DNA from: Escherichia phage T4_ev151
Strand: one strand, 5' to 3'
Sequence record: LR597660
Length of the DNA: 64,000 nt
Shown: positions 17,112 through 25,974 of the stretch, piece by piece
Layout: every line of letters begins with the position of its first letter
Position numbering within the stretch: the first letter of the stretch is position 1
Translations under genes and position numbers: made by a program
Notes under the pieces: model-generated
Database searches by the model: none
What the model was told of the DNA's origin: nothing
Seen by the model: only the letters and a program-made list of their open reading frames with translations

Positions 17112-17414
17112 CTAAAAGAAACTTCTTTCACAATTTTTTCCACTGAACCACGCGCTCACTGCTTTCTTAGTCTCAGGAGCAGTGTTATCCATAAACCATT
17201 CAAAGGCAGCCTTTTTATGATTCTGGAGGGCTTCTCGGGCTTTAATCTGCTCACGGTCTATTAACACTAACATATGAGCCTTTCTTGTCACCATGGGCTT
17301 CTTATGATTCTTGGAGTATTCCCAGTCATTTGTCCAACGCATTGTCGTTGCGAACTGATGAACCGCGTCTTTAATTTTAGTTTCGTAAATTTCACGAGCC
17401 TTTGAGTATAACAT
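17112..17414 (-). CDS. Hypothetical protein
   Basis: ATG at 17414 after GGAGG; track 17426 possible. Confidence 0.5.
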   Translation of the reverse strand: MLYSKAREIYETKIKDAVHQFATTMRWTNDWEYSKNHKKPMVTRKAHMLVLIDREQIKAREALQNHKKAAFEWFMDNTAPETKKAVSAWFSGKNCERSFF

Positions 17415-17496
17415 CATTACCTCCATTTACCAGTTTAATTCTAGTCATCTTTTTGATGGCAGTCCATATAATCTATTTCTGAACTGCCTTTTTGTC

Positions 17497-18216
17497 TTAG
17501 GATTCTTCTAAATGTCTTTTCTGAAAAGTTGATACCATACTACGATACGGTTCATTTGGATACCCGTGTTTTATAGCTTCCTTTGTAAATTTTCTCCATC
17601 CATATTTAGTTTCTTTCCAAAGCTCGAATAATTCATCTTCATATTGCCATATAGTTAAATGAGAACGCTTTGCAGCTTTAATTCCATTAATATGCTTTTC
17701 TTTTACTACAGGATTGCTTAGTTTCTTTTTAATAATATTACTAACTTTTCTAACAAAAACTGGGTCCTTATATCGTTGCGAAGTTTTTATTGAAGTGTTT
17801 AATTTAGCTTCCGGCGTGGATGTGACCTCTTTCATCTTTTTCTTCATATGCTGTATATGATTAGGATTTTTCCATAAATTTATAGAATGCTTTTTGCATT
17901 TTATCCTAGTTTCATCTGCAACCTTTCCTCCTTCACCCCCGTATGACAGGTTAACACAGTTTTTTCCATATTTCAATTTACCTGCCATGATATATAATAT
18001 TTCAGCTTGTACCATTTTATCATAATTATCAAAAACTTCTAAAACCGTTTTTGATAATATGTGGTCATTTGACACTTTTACACGTTCTATATAATTTCCA
18101 CTACCAACATACGAATCATTGATGTTATTAGTTATATGTCGACCATAATAATATTTCTTAATACCTGTCTTTAAATTTAATATTTCAGTTTTATAGATAG
18201 TAAAATATTTTTTCAT
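17497..18216 (-). CDS. GIY-YIG homing endonuclease (Seg-like)
   Basis: 239 aa; KKYYYGRH...SYVGSG GIY-YIG core near N-terminus; lysine-rich C-terminal region. Confidence 0.75.
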   Translation of the reverse strand: MKKYFTIYKTEILNLKTGIKKYYYGRHITNNINDSYVGSGNYIERVKVSNDHILSKTVLEVFDNYDKMVQAEILYIMAGKLKYGKNCVNLSYGGEGGKVADETRIKCKKHSINLWKNPNHIQHMKKKMKEVTSTPEAKLNTSIKTSQRYKDPVFVRKVSNIIKKKLSNPVVKEKHINGIKAAKRSHLTIWQYEDELFELWKETKYGWRKFTKEAIKHGYPNEPYRSMVSTFQKRHLEES

Positions 18217-19181
18217 TTTAATAATACCGTTTCAGCGATTTCTTCCCAACCGTTTTTGTCGGTCATAATAAAGTCAGCAAGATAAAGAGCAGTACGCAGT
18301 GAAACATTACGTAAACGATTAACATTGACTTTCATCCATGATAATGCTTTATAAGTTTCTTCATCAGAAAGACCGCGCTTTTGCATCATGTCAGTTGAAA
18401 GAATAACATCTTCAACCCTGACCATAATTTCTTCATTAGTGTGAACACCCAAATCCAAATAAACTGAGCGGGACACTAATGCTTGTAAATGTGGAGCAAG
18501 TTTAGTACCACGGTCTAATTCGCGGTCAATGTCAACGTTTGTGATAAAAACAATCGTTCCTTTAAATTCAAACTCACGCTCAATGCCTTTTTCTTCTAAG
18601 TAAGAAGATGCGGTGCTCCAGCAGACTTTACGGGTCTCTCCAGTGTCCAGAGCAGCTTTCAGAAGATTAAGAATGTCCATATCAGAGAAAACATCCACAT
18701 CATCAATCAAAAGGACAGAATTCTCTTCACGATTATTCCAAAGCTGCTCATAAAGACCAATACCAGAGATTTTACCATTAATGCTTTTATACTCAATGTA
18801 TCCAATATCATTTGCTTTATTTAAAGCTTTATCTAAAGAATACGTTTTACCAATACCCGCCGCACCAGAGATAATTAATGAACGAATATTTCCGTTAATA
18901 ATACCGTTCGTCATCATTCCCATAACATTAAATCTTTTATTAATGCGGGTTTTCATATCTTCATATGATTCTTTAACTTCTTCAACTTTTACACCATCAT
19001 ATGAAATGTCTGATTTGTAAACCCAAACACCGCGACGCTTACCGTCAATTTCAACAAAAACTTTACCATCTCCTTGTGCATCTATCGGAGCATTATCTGG
19101 GAACCATTCGCCCAAGAGTTCAAAAGTTCCAGAGATTTCTTTACCGAAGTAGATACCCTTATTGATAGTTACAGTTTTCAT
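18213..19181 (-). CDS. P-loop NTPase
   Basis: Walker A GAAGIGKT, Walker B LLIDDVD; ATG 19181 with GGAGAATAAA SD (track TTG 19193). Confidence 0.65.
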   Translation of the reverse strand: MKTVTINKGIYFGKEISGTFELLGEWFPDNAPIDAQGDGKVFVEIDGKRRGVWVYKSDISYDGVKVEEVKESYEDMKTRINKRFNVMGMMTNGIINGNIRSLIISGAAGIGKTYSLDKALNKANDIGYIEYKSINGKISGIGLYEQLWNNREENSVLLIDDVDVFSDMDILNLLKAALDTGETRKVCWSTASSYLEEKGIEREFEFKGTIVFITNVDIDRELDRGTKLAPHLQALVSRSVYLDLGVHTNEEIMVRVEDVILSTDMMQKRGLSDEETYKALSWMKVNVNRLRNVSLRTALYLADFIMTDKNGWEEIAETVLLK

Positions 19182-19215
19182 TTTATTCTCCAAATCCGTA
19201 TCAGTTGATAGTTGT

Positions 19216-19245
19216 ATAGTACCATAAAGCTTTATGCTTGTAAAC
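19216..19245 (-). promoter_or_regulatory. T4-type early promoter with conserved leader
   Basis: Minus strand GTTTACA, 18 nt, TGGTACTAT plus CAACTATCAACTG leader. Confidence 0.55.
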
Positions 19246-19269
19246 AGTTTTGTGAAAAATTTTTGAAAT

Positions 19270-19293
19270 AAAAAAGGAAGCCCGAAGGCTCCC
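19270..19293 (-). terminator. Rho-independent terminator
   Basis: Minus RNA GGGAGCC-UUCG-GGCUUCC then U7, right after the stop at 19296. Confidence 0.65.
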
Positions 19294-19295
19294 TA

Positions 19296-20309
19296 TCATT
19301 TATAATAACTTCGGTGGTTTTCAAGATAGACCTTCTCAAGGAAGTCATCCCAGAAACTCATGTCTACTTTTTGCTGCATACCGTTCTTAGAAGCTTCAGT
19401 AGATGCTGCTTCTACTTGATCGACCACATCTTCCAAAAACTCTTGAACCGTTTTAAATGGATGTTTACCCAACTTCACGTCGAGAATAAATGGAGCATCT
19501 TGGAGTGGATAAACCAAGTCACCAGTTTTGTAAATTTCCAATAGTTGGAGTCCACCACGACAAGCATGACTCTGTGCTTTCCAGTCAATGCCCTCATTCG
19601 CTTCAGCCTTACGAGCGCGTTCACCGTATTCAGCATCTAATTTGTTCAGTGACTGCTTAAGCTCAATAAGAGAAAGCGTTGTCTGATATTTACGACCCAA
19701 CACTGTGTAAAACGTTTGTGGGCCTGTTTTCTCATGATTATGGAACACCCATTCACAGAATTCGTTTTCTGGAAGACGATGCTTAATATCTTCAACTTTA
19801 GTGCGACGCTGCTTAATAGAACCATCTTCTTGGTAATCAACCCATTGCTCGGGGATTTGATTAACTACTTTCAATACATCACGTAATGCAGCCAAACGAG
19901 AACCCTTGACACCGTATTTAGAAGCTTGCTTGCGGACATATCCTAAATAGGATTTCATGTTAGTCGTATAAAAACGAGAACGATTGTCTTGAATAAACTT
20001 CCACACATCAGGCAAATCAGATTTAACCACTAACTCAGGTGGAGTATGAAGCATATCTAATGCTACGGTTTCACCATCTGCTGCTAATTTAAAGAAATAC
20101 TTAAGACTGTATAGTTCATGGTCAATATCATCTTTAGTGTTTTTAGATGATGTGTTGTTGGTGTTTTTACTCATGTGCTCTTTGACGTTTCCGATAAGAA
20201 TATCGCGAGCAGGAGGAACAAAGATTTCTTTAAAATCTACATCAGATTCTGGGGTAGAAGTTCCATAAAGATGACTACCAAAATAGCTTTTCATTACTGT
20301 TTTCATCAT
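19296..20309 (-). CDS. Putative nucleotidyltransferase (Pol-beta superfamily fold)
   Basis: 337 aa; N-terminal GSHLYGTSTPESDVDF (G[GS]x9-13Dx[DE]) and downstream DMLH. Confidence 0.55.
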   Translation of the reverse strand: MMKTVMKSYFGSHLYGTSTPESDVDFKEIFVPPARDILIGNVKEHMSKNTNNTSSKNTKDDIDHELYSLKYFFKLAADGETVALDMLHTPPELVVKSDLPDVWKFIQDNRSRFYTTNMKSYLGYVRKQASKYGVKGSRLAALRDVLKVVNQIPEQWVDYQEDGSIKQRRTKVEDIKHRLPENEFCEWVFHNHEKTGPQTFYTVLGRKYQTTLSLIELKQSLNKLDAEYGERARKAEANEGIDWKAQSHACRGGLQLLEIYKTGDLVYPLQDAPFILDVKLGKHPFKTVQEFLEDVVDQVEAASTEASKNGMQQKVDMSFWDDFLEKVYLENHRSYYK

Positions 20310-20767
20310 TCAACCTTATATTCAATAACAGGACATACTTTAGCTTTACGAGCTTTTAAAAATTCAACAATAATCGATTTCTTGGGTTGAATAGGAGGTA
20401 AACCTTTATACGCCCTATCAATATTTTCTACGTGTAAAGCATAATCCTTTTTCCATTTATAATCTTTATATTTTTCACGCAAATGTGCAGGAATAACAAA
20501 TGAACCGATAATAAGTAAAACAACCAAAAGCGCAAGTATAAATGCCGATGGAAGAAGAGTCCATAAACTACCGAAAATAAGCCAACGTTGTAGGCTTTCT
20601 GCACAAATAATTGTTAGCCCTACGAGTATAGCACACCCAAAAATAGAAACGAAAAATGTAGGAATGGCAATAGACCAAAAATATGCGCATAGTGTCTTAG
20701 GTCGTTGCCATTCATCGTTAAACAATTTGAATAATTTATAGTGCCAAGAGTTTTCATTAATAATCAT
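20306..20767 (-). CDS. Integral membrane protein
   Basis: 153 aa, three or four hydrophobic helices. Confidence 0.55.
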   Translation of the reverse strand: MIINENSWHYKLFKLFNDEWQRPKTLCAYFWSIAIPTFFVSIFGCAILVGLTIICAESLQRWLIFGSLWTLLPSAFILALLVVLLIIGSFVIPAHLREKYKDYKWKKDYALHVENIDRAYKGLPPIQPKKSIIVEFLKARKAKVCPVIEYKVE

Positions 20768-20769
20768 AA

Positions 20770-21291
20770 CTATCCTTTCATTGAAGGCGTAACAGTTGTT
20801 AAATACTTAATCATAGCTTCAGCTTCTGATTTTGATAGTGAAATTTCTCCATTGTTTTGACGAATAGAAATAAAATCCGGATGACGGTCACCACCAGCTT
20901 TTAAAACACACATATAAGTATCAGTTTCATCTTCAATATCTGAAATGATTGAAGCAGTTCCACATGAATGTGGTTTTTGATAAATCAATACAGCTTTTCT
21001 TCCACCGTTTGACTGTTCATAAACTTTTAACACATCAAACAAATCACTTCTTTTATCAATAGCTAAAATGTTATTTTCATCTTCAATGTTAAATCCTTCG
21101 GATACTTCATAAAGTGTCACCCATAAATCGCCAATATCAATAACAGCGTTCACTTTTCCATGACTTTCAAGAGAATGACAAATTTTCTTGATTTCGTCAT
21201 AACTCATTTTAATAATATCATCTCCTTGAATAAGAAAGATGTCATTTTTAAATTCAACACGAATTAAACCACTTCCACTTGAAATAAACAT
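20770..21291 (-). CDS. Hypothetical protein (tandem paralog A)
   Basis: 173 aa; C-terminus SEAEAMIKYLTTVTPSMKG resembles neighbour. Confidence 0.55.
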   Translation of the reverse strand: MFISSGSGLIRVEFKNDIFLIQGDDIIKMSYDEIKKICHSLESHGKVNAVIDIGDLWVTLYEVSEGFNIEDENNILAIDKRSDLFDVLKVYEQSNGGRKAVLIYQKPHSCGTASIISDIEDETDTYMCVLKAGGDRHPDFISIRQNNGEISLSKSEAEAMIKYLTTVTPSMKG

Positions 21292-21297
21292 ATTTCC

Positions 21298-21855
21298 TCA
21301 CTTTGAAATCATAGTTGGAATGACAGAATCAAGATAAGTCTTTAGCGCAATAGCTTCGTCTTTGGTAAATGTGACAATATGTGATCGAAAATCGTCGATT
21401 TGGCGAATAGTTAAGACATCTCCCTCTTCATAACATTTTGATACATTTAAAAGAGTTTCATCATTCTGATTGCAAGAGTTAGTAATAATAGCATTGCAAT
21501 TTTTGAGCCATTTTAAACTATGTTTTCTTTCATTAGAATAATAAAAATATTTAATCTTAGCTATAAAACTATCCCAATGGATAACTGATAAACACATTGA
21601 CTCACTTTGAATATTAAATCCTGGGCATGAAGAATAAAAATGAATTTTGTGCTCATCATTGATGCTTACTATTTTATCAGTATAAGGATATTCAATTTGG
21701 GTTAAATGAATGATTTCACTAGGCGTAAAATATAGCATATCGTCTTCTTGCGTCAAACGATACATGTTATTTACTTTTTCTATAGCCAATTCACCAAAAA
21801 GCGGACTAACTTCTAATACTAATCGTTTCATATTGATTCTCTTCGACTCACTCAC
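21298..21855 (-). CDS. Hypothetical protein (tandem paralog B)
   Basis: 185 aa; C-terminus DEAIALKTYLDSVIPTMISK; GTG start with strong AAGGAG SD. Confidence 0.55.
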   Translation of the reverse strand: MSESKRINMKRLVLEVSPLFGELAIEKVNNMYRLTQEDDMLYFTPSEIIHLTQIEYPYTDKIVSINDEHKIHFYSSCPGFNIQSESMCLSVIHWDSFIAKIKYFYYSNERKHSLKWLKNCNAIITNSCNQNDETLLNVSKCYEEGDVLTIRQIDDFRSHIVTFTKDEAIALKTYLDSVIPTMISK

Positions 21856-21990
21856 AATTACATACTCCTTTGAATAATATCAATAATGTTGTTCACCAGA
21901 TTATAAGTAAACATTGGGTAATTATATTGAATCATTACATACACAACAAACAAAACTTTCATTCTCTTCTCCTTGACAGTTGACAAGATT

Positions 21991-22020
21991 ACTATACCAT
22001 AACCTTGCCAACTTGTAAAC
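21991..22020 (-). promoter_or_regulatory. T4-type early promoter
   Basis: Minus strand GTTTACA, 18 nt, TGGTATAGT. Confidence 0.5.
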
Positions 22021-22185
22021 CGTTAAATGTTGTTTTCAATAAAATTTTGAAGCTTTGTGTGAGCATCAACCATGATTTTCATTTCTTCTTTGGCGAAAGC
22101 TGTACCTCTTTCCCGAGCAGAATACTCATAGTCAGAAACTGCATTAGCATATTCTTCAATTAGCTTCATTAAAAACATCTGCTTT

Positions 22186-22380
22186 TCAGTTTTCATTATT
22201 CCACCTAATCATTTCAAGATATTGAACTAACTTAGCTTTAGATTTATCCAAATCCCTTTTAGCTGATTCTATACCATCGTATGAATATCCTTCACAATGC
22301 TCAACTGCTAATTGGTATGAATCTATTTCAATATCATGCGCTAATTTAATGATTTTTTCAAACTGTTCGCGTGTTAGCAT
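22186..22380 (-). CDS. Hypothetical protein
   Basis: 64-aa ORF, ATG start. Confidence 0.5.
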   Translation of the reverse strand: MLTREQFEKIIKLAHDIEIDSYQLAVEHCEGYSYDGIESAKRDLDKSKAKLVQYLEMIRWNNEN

Positions 22381-22382
22381 AA

Positions 22383-22586
22383 TTAAACTCTCGTATTATG
22401 ATCGATAATTTCATCAAGAAACATATCTAACGCTTCTAAAGCATTATCAACTTTAGTTTCAAGTTCATCAATGCCTTTATTTGCAATGCCTGATGAAAAC
22501 CAAGCAAAGTCACTAAGTTCCTCGTCTGCTTTACGAATTAAAGCTACCAATTCCTTAATTTTATCAGCTTGTTCGATACTAATCAT
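22383..22586 (-). CDS. Hypothetical protein
   Basis: ATG 22586 with GGTGGAATA SD (track GTG 22622). Confidence 0.45.
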   Translation of the reverse strand: MISIEQADKIKELVALIRKADEELSDFAWFSSGIANKGIDELETKVDNALEALDMFLDEIIDHNTRV

Positions 22587-22774
22587 TATTCCACCACATA
22601 TGAAAGAGAGAATATTGCACACGCCATGTGAGTTGCAGCTTCATCACACATATTATAACGTTTCTTAAGAAATTCTACAAGTTCTTCACTAGTAACTTCA
22701 TCCATGTCGACGAAAAAATCACCATTAATGATGACGTAGATATTTCCTTCTTGATTGAGTGCTTCAATTTTCAT
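22586..22774 (-). CDS. Hypothetical small protein
   Basis: ATG 22774 with GAGGAG SD; track extension translates promoter. Confidence 0.5.
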   Translation of the reverse strand: MKIEALNQEGNIYVIINGDFFVDMDEVTSEELVEFLKKRYNMCDEAATHMACAIFSLSYVVE

Positions 22775-22802
22775 GATGTTCTCCTCTTTATCCGATAGTT
22801 GT

Positions 22803-22832
22803 ATAGTACCACAGCTCAAACGTAAAGTAAAC
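22803..22832 (-). promoter_or_regulatory. T4-type early promoter with conserved leader
   Basis: Minus strand GTTTAC, 18 nt, TGGTACTAT plus ACAACTATCGG. Confidence 0.55.
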
Positions 22833-22842
22833 CGGTAAAATG

Positions 22843-22864
22843 AAAAAAGTCTCCCGAAGGAGAC
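22843..22864 (-). terminator. Rho-independent terminator
   Basis: Minus RNA GUCUCC-UUCG-GGAGAC then U6, after the stop at 22870. Confidence 0.65.
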
Positions 22865-22869
22865 TAACG

Positions 22870-23256
22870 TTATTCGAGGGAAAGAAGATATTTACTCTGG
22901 TAAAACATCCCAGTAATATCATCTATCGTGCTTTGAATGGCTGGAGGCATTTCTTTATAAATGCTGTTAGATTGGTCTAGTATGCGATCAATCATTTTAA
23001 TTGTGTCGGTAGGAAGTTTACTGGCATCTGGAATAGAAGGCGTGTATTTTCTACCAGAATACCCCAAATATTGCTCACCAAATTTATCAATCAAATCTGG
23101 CAACTCAGAGAAAATAAAATCGTATGCTTTGTGTCTAGCATAACTTTTAGTTTCAAAATGCGCAGAATGAAAATAAGCTTGTGCAGCCATTAATAAACCT
23201 AAGTATTCATCTGCCTTTGAAGGTTTTCCACTTTGTGAAAAGTCGCTGAATTTCAT
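22870..23256 (-). CDS. Hypothetical protein
   Basis: 128-aa ORF, ATG start. Confidence 0.55.
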   Translation of the reverse strand: MKFSDFSQSGKPSKADEYLGLLMAAQAYFHSAHFETKSYARHKAYDFIFSELPDLIDKFGEQYLGYSGRKYTPSIPDASKLPTDTIKMIDRILDQSNSIYKEMPPAIQSTIDDITGMFYQSKYLLSLE

Positions 23257-23546
23257 TCAGTCTCCAATTTAATGTTCATAATTCTAGCGTATGATTGTGC
23301 CATCTCCGCGCCTCGTTCTATACATTCAAAATCAGAAGAGCACGGGTCATTTTTATAGGTCGTTCTCATAAAACTATAGAACTGTTCAGACGATTCTACG
23401 CTTTTATTTTCAAAAAGCATATAAACGTGCCTAATACCAGATTCCATAAATTTATCAAAATGAGGATCGACATTCGCTTCAATCGATGGAGATAAAACAA
23501 ACGACAATCCTAGCATGGCAAATAGTGCCGTTGCTTTTAAGGCCAT
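23253..23546 (-). CDS. Secreted/periplasmic small protein (signal peptide)
   Basis: 97 aa; N-terminal MALKATALFAMLGLSFVLSPSIEA; AGGAGG SD. Confidence 0.55.
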   Translation of the reverse strand: MALKATALFAMLGLSFVLSPSIEANVDPHFDKFMESGIRHVYMLFENKSVESSEQFYSFMRTTYKNDPCSSDFECIERGAEMAQSYARIMNIKLETE

Positions 23547-23558
23547 AAAGGCCTCCTA

Positions 23559-23771
23559 TCATTTTTGTCCTGTATTTACTTTATGCCGATGCACGGCCTT
23601 AACTTTATCAAGGTATTTTTCAAAATTTCGCAATCTAGTATAGTCTGCCGGAGATTGGTTGAGTGATACTTCTCGACGCAAAGCTGAAATGATATTTCCA
23701 ACTTCCCTACGAATTTCATCTAATTGAAGCACAGTAAGATTGCGAAGTTGCTTTTCAGTTAATTGTAGCAT
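23559..23771 (-). CDS. Hypothetical basic protein
   Basis: 70-aa ORF, ATG start. Confidence 0.5.
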
Positions 23772-23813
23772 ATATACCCCTTTAGTTAGATAAACCTATT
23801 TATAACTTTTGCA

Positions 23814-24395
23814 CTAACCGAGCTTTTTAGTTAATTCGTTCCAATGTTTTCTACACAAAGAAACATAAATTTCATCACCAATACAGATTTGATTACCTTC
23901 TTTAACTGGTGTTCCATCTTCCATTAATCGAGCTGTCATAATAGCTTTTTTACCACAATGACAAACTGCCTTTAGTTCAATAAGTTTATCTGCAATCGCC
24001 AAAAGTTCTTTAGAACCTTCAAATAATTTTCCAGCGAAATCAGTCCTTAGCCCATAAGCCATAACAGGAACATTATATGTATCAACAATTCGACTTAATT
24101 GATGCACCTGTTCAGTTTTTAAAAACTGAGCTTCATCTACAAATACACAATGAATATCTTTTTGTGCTTCAGCCCATTTATAGAACTCAAAAATATCCAT
24201 ATCATCCGTAATAATATTCGCTTCCTGCTTAATTCCAATGCGAGAAACGACTTCACAGACAGAATCGCGAGTATCAATAGCAGGCTTAAGAACTAATACA
24301 CCCATTCCGCGTTCTTTATAATTATGTGCAGCAGTCAAAAGAGAAGCAGATTTTCCAGCATTCATTGCTGCGTAAGTAAAAATTAAACTCGCCAT
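23814..24395 (-). CDS. tk: Thymidine kinase
   Basis: 193 aa; P-loop AMNAGKS; C-terminal Cys pairs; matches recalled T4 Tk. Confidence 0.95.
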   Translation of the reverse strand: MASLIFTYAAMNAGKSASLLTAAHNYKERGMGVLVLKPAIDTRDSVCEVVSRIGIKQEANIITDDMDIFEFYKWAEAQKDIHCVFVDEAQFLKTEQVHQLSRIVDTYNVPVMAYGLRTDFAGKLFEGSKELLAIADKLIELKAVCHCGKKAIMTARLMEDGTPVKEGNQICIGDEIYVSLCRKHWNELTKKLG

Positions 24396-24404
24396 ATCAC
24401 CTTC

Positions 24405-24590
24405 TTAAAGCATATTCACATAAGCTATTAATTCGTTTTCTTTCTTATCAAACCGATCAGCAAATTCTTCTTGCTGTTCTGGAGATAGCGGGCCGTATTC
24501 ATCATAAAAGGTGTTTGCTTCTGTATGCTCATCTAGAAGTTCATGGATAAGCTCAAACAATTTATCTTTTTGTTCTTTACTCAGACTCAT
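24405..24590 (-). CDS. Hypothetical acidic small protein (tk.1 position)
   Basis: 61-aa ORF, ATG start. Confidence 0.5.
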   Translation of the reverse strand: MSLSKEQKDKLFELIHELLDEHTEANTFYDEYGPLSPEQQEEFADRFDKKENELIAYVNML

Positions 24591-24760
24591 ATATTAATTT
24601 CCAGGAGTTTTAAAATAATTCGCTTTTGCTTAAATATTTCCATAGTTAAATGACCAGTATCTTTTTGACCGATTCCAATGGCAAAACCTTTATTGACAGC
24701 GAGTTCAATTAAATTATCAAGCTCACGTAACACTTCATACTGTAACTCAAAACTATTCAT
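24587..24760 (-). CDS. Small ORF (57 aa), not in ORF track
   Basis: MNSFELQYEVLRELDNLIELAVNKGFAIGIGQKD...; ATGA overlaps on both sides. Confidence 0.4.
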   Translation of the reverse strand: MNSFELQYEVLRELDNLIELAVNKGFAIGIGQKDTGHLTMEIFKQKRIILKLLEINI

Positions 24761-24969
24761 TTCGGTTTACCTTCTTTAACGAAATCTGGATAAGGATAAA
24801 ATCCCGAATAAAATCCTTCACCTTTATGATTGATGCATCCTTTATTAGAACAATAGCACCAATAATCGAAATCACAAGCCATTTCATCGTTGCATAAAGC
24901 AAAAACAACTGGCCATTTACACTTTTCACAATGGGCATTTTTAAGAATACTAGTTTGGCTCATAACCAT
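24757..24969 (-). CDS. Cys-rich small protein
   Basis: 70 aa with several CxxC/CxC pairs. Confidence 0.5.
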   Translation of the reverse strand: MVMSQTSILKNAHCEKCKWPVVFALCNDEMACDFDYWCYCSNKGCINHKGEGFYSGFYPYPDFVKEGKPK

Positions 24970-25172
24970 GTAACCTTTAAGCAGTATTCTTCTACATGCT
25001 GTTTACGACCTTTCTTATCAATAAAGGTATATTCAACGAATGTTCCAATGTAGTCTTTATCTACATCATGCGGACTATTAATTGGACATTTAGTACGGCA
25101 AATGCGTTCCCATTGACGAATAATTACTGCCTTATTCTTTGGGTCATATGGATGTGGATAATGTATATTCAT
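24960..25172 (-). CDS. Hypothetical small protein
   Basis: ATG 25172 (track TTG 25187); ATGA overlap with upstream stop. Confidence 0.45.
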   Translation of the reverse strand: MNIHYPHPYDPKNKAVIIRQWERICRTKCPINSPHDVDKDYIGTFVEYTFIDKKGRKQHVEEYCLKVTWL

Positions 25173-25636
25173 AATAACGGTTCCCAATCAACAATCACAA
25201 TTTCTAATTTAGAGGAATATGTATCTAAAATCCCCTCAATAATATCCCAGTTCCCTTTACCTATGCCTGCACCAATCCTAGGCATATAGATTGTAGGTTT
25301 AATCAGTTTATTTTCACCAAACTCATTTAATTCTAACATACAATTCATTAAAGCGGAATACTCAAAATTTGGCCCTGGTTGAAATTGAGTATAAAGGTTG
25401 AAGCAATACGCTTTATGAGTCCTAAAGTATTTTTCATAGACTGAGTAAGAACCGAGTTTAGTTACATCACCCCATTCAGTCTGTAATTTATCAGCTTCCA
25501 AAATTTTAGGGAAAGCTTTGGTTAATTGACCCGCTACGCCTGAACCCATAGTATGAAAACAATTGCATCCATGCGCAATAATATTACCTTGAAGAAATAG
25601 GGCGACAATATCGCCCTTGATATATTTTACAATCAT
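25169..25636 (-). CDS. Macrodomain protein, TARG1/OARD1-like
   Basis: 155 aa; YIKGDIV...IIAHGCNCFHTMGSGVAGQL and IYMPRIGAGIGKGNWD match recalled TARG1 motifs. Confidence 0.6.
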   Translation of the reverse strand: MIVKYIKGDIVALFLQGNIIAHGCNCFHTMGSGVAGQLTKAFPKILEADKLQTEWGDVTKLGSYSVYEKYFRTHKAYCFNLYTQFQPGPNFEYSALMNCMLELNEFGENKLIKPTIYMPRIGAGIGKGNWDIIEGILDTYSSKLEIVIVDWEPLL

Positions 25637-25974
25637 CTAGTACTCAATCCTCGATTATAAGAATCTACCAAACGGTCAACCATTGAATGACAAGCGGCTT
25701 TATCTTTCTCCTCCGCAACTGAACATTCTAAGGTATTCCACTTTTTAGCATATCGTTTTAACAATGTATCATTTTTGTATCTGCTTGATTTATCTCTTTC
25801 TCCGTCTTTATATGCATATATTAATTTCTGCGCAAATTCAGCTTGGCATGCTTTATTTTTCCCGCAATAATCCGCTGCAGTACGGTTTACATACTCTCTA
25901 ATTTCAGTATATGATGTATCTGCTAACGCAGAAAATGAAATTAATCCTATACATAAAACCAAAATTTTAGTCAT
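25633..25974 (-). CDS. Secreted small protein (signal peptide; vs position)
   Basis: 113 aa; N-terminal MTKILVLCIGLISFSALA; several Cys. Confidence 0.5.
   Translation of the reverse strand: MTKILVLCIGLISFSALADTSYTEIREYVNRTAADYCGKNKACQAEFAQKLIYAYKDGERDKSSRYKNDTLLKRYAKKWNTLECSVAEEKDKAACHSMVDRLVDSYNRGLSTR

Noticed and set aside
21971-21987. Tandem TTGACA-like sequence (ccttgacagttgacaag) on the plus strand
   Set aside because: Wrong strand for the local transcription unit and no downstream -10; the adjacent minus-strand early promoter explains the region.
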